64,000 nt of DNA, from the NCBI GenBank assembly GCA_951804945.1, contig OX638150.1, positions 84,630,001-84,694,000 on the forward strand, in the 5' to 3' direction. This stretch comes from Podarcis cretensis (lineage: Eukaryota). Every line of letters starts with the position of its first letter. The stretch's first letter is position 1. Made by a program: the position numbers and the translations under genes. The notes beneath the pieces were generated by a model that was given only the letters and a program-made list of their open reading frames with translations, ran no database searches and had not been told where the DNA came from. Positions 60,701 to 64,000 of the stretch are shown piece by piece.

Positions 60701-61361
60701 TTGATTTATGAATGCCTCAAATCTTTTTCGCATTGTGTAGTTACATTATTCTGCCCACCAAACCTAGCTACAAATGGACAGTTATTTATTTTCCAGTTAG
60801 CCAGTGAAGTCAAGGGCAGACAGAGAACAAACAAGGAGCTTTTCAACACAATGCAACATAGACAAAAATATATAAACAATCCCAAACATTGATTTGAGTG
60901 AATAAACAAAGAAACGAGACCATGGCAAACAAGCAGAGAAACCCCATGGAAGACAAACGGGAGCCACATCAACCTCACTTGTTTGTTTTAAAATGTGAAT
61001 GTATTTCACTGTGGGGACCAAGAGTTGATAGCTTTTTGATGGAAAGAGAGGTGCGGTTGTGTATTTCTGGCTTCTTCGGAGTGGAATGAAGCCATTTTAG
61101 AGGAATAATTTCATTGTTGACACACACAAAATTCTGTAAACCATTATCTGTGGATATTCCCAGACGAGTCACAAGGAAATGACTTCACTAGAGAAAATGG
61201 GAGTTTGTCCTGAGTCAGAAGTACTGAGCCCTCAGTTTTTCCTATCTGAGCTCTGTATTTGCTCAGCTAGGATTGTTCTAATGAAAACATGGCTGTCATC
61301 TTGGGCTTGGCCAGCGAGGCTTCAGAGGACAACTGGGCTTGTAAAAGCGTGCTTTTATCCA

Positions 61362-61367
<6 letters not shown>

Positions 61368-61401
<34 letters not shown>

Positions 61402-61416
61402 CACACACACACACAC
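61368..61416. repeat. (GT)n(GC)n(AC)n compound microsatellite (self-complementary, Z-DNA prone)
   Basis: Direct reading. Confidence 0.9.
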
Positions 61417-61782
61417 TTGTAGAGCTTGAAAAATAAATCTCAGGGGAACCTGAAGTAAACAAAACGCAGACCAAACAAATATTCCTGAATTTTTGTCAGA
61501 AAAATAAATCAAATGCTTTCTATCTGAATCATTGCCTTGTTTTCAACAGCAAGGACTTCATGCTCCCCCTGGTGGGGAAAATGTGATACAAAAATATATA
61601 TAAAACAAAATGTAGAAATGCTCCTGCTTTTGAGAGCTGTAAGGAAATAAGATAAGATTTTTAAATTCATTTAAGTTTTCTTCCCACAATGCCCTCCTAA
61701 AGTCTCAGGAAGGGCTTCGACCAAAGGTTGCCAAACGGTGGTTGGCCTATTTATTAATTAATTATCATTGTGTATTACGCCT

Positions 61783-62152
61783 TCATGGATCACTGCCTTG
61801 TTGTGGCAAAGTGGCTTGAATAACTCAGAGAAGCAAGAAGATCAAACCTATCCATTCTGAAGGAAATCAGCCCTGAGTGCTCACTGGAGGGACAGATTCT
61901 GAAGCTGAGGCTCCAATAGTTTGGCCACCTCATGAGAAGACAAGACTCCCTGGAAAAGACCCTGATGTTGGGAAAGATGGAGGGCACAAGGAGAAGGGGA
62001 CGACAGAGGACGAGATGGTTGGACAGTGTTCTCGAAGCTACCAGCATGAGTTTGACCAAACTGTGGGAGGCAGTGGAAGACAGGAGTGCCTGGTGTACTC
62101 TGGTCCATGGGGTCACGAAGAGTCGGACACGACTAAATGACTAAACAACAAC
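61783..62152 (+). mobile_element. RTE-BovB LINE derivative
   Basis: ORF 'MRRQDSLEKTLMLGKMEGTRRRGRQRTRWLD...WCTLVHGVTKSRTRLND' is the BovB ORF C-terminus; (caa)n tail. Confidence 0.9.
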
Positions 62153-62371
62153 TTTGTTTATTAAATTTATATACTGAAGATCACATGGTGGGTTACAGCA
62201 CAATTCTTTAGGGTAGAGAAGCCACTGGCAAATTTAAAAGCTACCCTCTGCTGAAATATGAGAACAAAATAAATCTCTTGTCCTAGACCAATAGTACAGG
62301 GAATAATTGAGTTCTTGCTTGGTTGCATTTTCACCAGAAGCAGGCAACGTCCCATCTGAAGCAAACATGTA

Positions 62372-62699
62372 CCGTATTTTTCGCTCCAAAAATTAAGGGG
62401 AAATGTGTGTGCATCTTATGGAGTGAATGCAGGCTCCTTGGCTTCAGCGATAGCAACGCAAAGCCTCCGAAGCACAGTGGGAGAGCTCCCGCTGCGCTCC
62501 GGAGGCTTCGGGTTCCTTTCGCTGAAGGGTAGGTGCCCCTTCAGCTAAGCGGGAGAGGAGAAATGGAAGGGGCTCCGTTTCTCCTGCCGCTTCACTGAAG
62601 GAGTGCTGCGCAGAGAGGGGGAGATTTTTTTTTTGTTCTCCCCCTCTAAAACAAGGTGCGTCCTATGGTCGGGTGGGTCCTATAGAGCGAAAAATACGG
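62372..62699. mobile_element. Tc1/mariner-type MITE
   Basis: 15-bp TIR ccgtatttttcgctc, TA flanks. Confidence 0.8.
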
Positions 62700-64000
62700 T
62701 ATTTTGATTGCAATACAGAGCCTTTGCCGCCCTGATCACACAAGAGGGGAACAGTAAGTACTGCCCTTTCTCTCAAATTCATGGTGCATAGTACCCAAGG
62801 CTGGTCCAATTATTTTTGGCAGAAAATTTGGTCACAGGGTCTCTTCCCAGTAATAAAACTACAGCAGTAATAAATGAAATCACAATTTACTACCATTGCA
62901 TCCAAAATCAGCTGCCTGGACAACAAACTTACTCCACCTAGTGGTGTGATCAGTCCTTCTAGTATATCACAGCATGATTCATCATGAAATACCTCTTACT
63001 CTGACCTTTGACACCTGAAATGTGTGTTTTCAGGACCCACCCTAGTCCTATGACTGTCATTTAACTGTTTTTTTTTTAAATACTGAACTTTAAATTGTTG
63101 TAATGGGACATACTGGTGAAGGGTGTGTAAGAAATGAGGTGGCAGTGATTATGGCAATATTTTATATGCAAGCAGGTCCTGCTATCTGCATGCTTGCTAT
63201 GCGAAAGGTCACTTATCCAAACATAATTATCCCCAAACTTTACTATACACTCCAGGTTCTGATTCTGATATCCAAACAGACAGTTGGCCCACTTCCTTAA
63301 TTTCTTGCTTGTTTCTGCTTTGCTGGTCGGTGGCAGCCATTTTTGGGCAGAACGCATTCAGGGAGGGGAAGATTGGGTGAAACAGAGAGCAGGAGCTATT
63401 GGAAAAATAAGTTCCCCCCTTTGTCTGTCTTTGTTGGTTGGCTGTAGACATTTCAGGAAGAAACCACTGGAGGGGAAAGTGGGGGTGGGGAGATCGGAGC
63501 AATCCCAAATTAGAAATGTTCCCATAGAAATCAATGGACACTGTGGACTCGTTATGCAAACACTTGTCTACCAAATGATTGTGGGAATGGATTGTGTTCA
63601 GTAAGCAGGACTTGCATGTACAGTGCATTTAAAGTTACATCACACATAATATCTCCGTTATTTGTACAACAGACCTGTAATTATCTCCATATTGCTAATT
63701 GATGGCAGTGGAGAGAAGACTGAGGCTGAGAAACTGATGGCATACCTATGACTCCTAGTAAATTTGTGCCTACAGTAAGATTTGAATCGGGGGCTTGGGA
63801 GCTCACTACACCCGTTTTCATTGGATTGTCGTTTCTTGAGTGATATGCATATAGCTTCTTTCTGATAGCCTCTAAGAAACCCTGAACGTCTCGTCAAGTT
63901 TGATTCATGTAGAACATGTGCTCTAACTACCGAGTCCTTTCCCTGTCTCAGAATCCTATTTTTCCTGGAATGTTCCTTTCCTAAGGGAGGCCAACCCCAC

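Noticed and set aside
54000-64000. Expected DNASE1L3 (mammalian neighbour of FLNB) or other genes
   Set aside because: No recognisable exon on either strand; the ORFs here are short, repeat-derived or low-complexity.

Overview
Eukaryotic (vertebrate) genomic DNA from a squamate reptile, probably a lizard (Sauria SINEs, a BovB LINE, CR1/L2 fragments, hAT and Tc1/mariner MITEs). Positions 1-~48.9 kb hold the 3' ~80% of filamin B (FLNB) on the + strand. I resolved about 40 coding exons with splice sites and a continuous frame, from the early Ig-like rod repeats through hinge 1, hinge 2 and the Ig24 dimerisation domain to the stop at 47385 and a ~1.4 kb 3'UTR. About 2.5 kb past the FLNB poly(A) signals lies a two-exon, 192-aa gene of the SPMIP1/ATP6V1FNB (sperm microtubule inner protein) family. 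Positions 54-64 kb are repeat-rich intergenic DNA. The main finding is a hidden 231-nt, frame-preserving exon (37950-38180) in the FLNB Ig20 intron. It is recognisably homologous to the muscle-specific Ig20 insertion thought to be unique to filamin C, and it may alternatively act as a terminal exon. Also notable: QKI/RBFOX motifs at the three known FLNB cassette exons, a GC-AG intron, the conserved A-to-I recoding site with a candidate intronic complementary sequence, and FLNB-SPMIP1-like synteny mirroring FLNC-ATP6V1FNB. Comparisons with human proteins are from memory, not from a database search.
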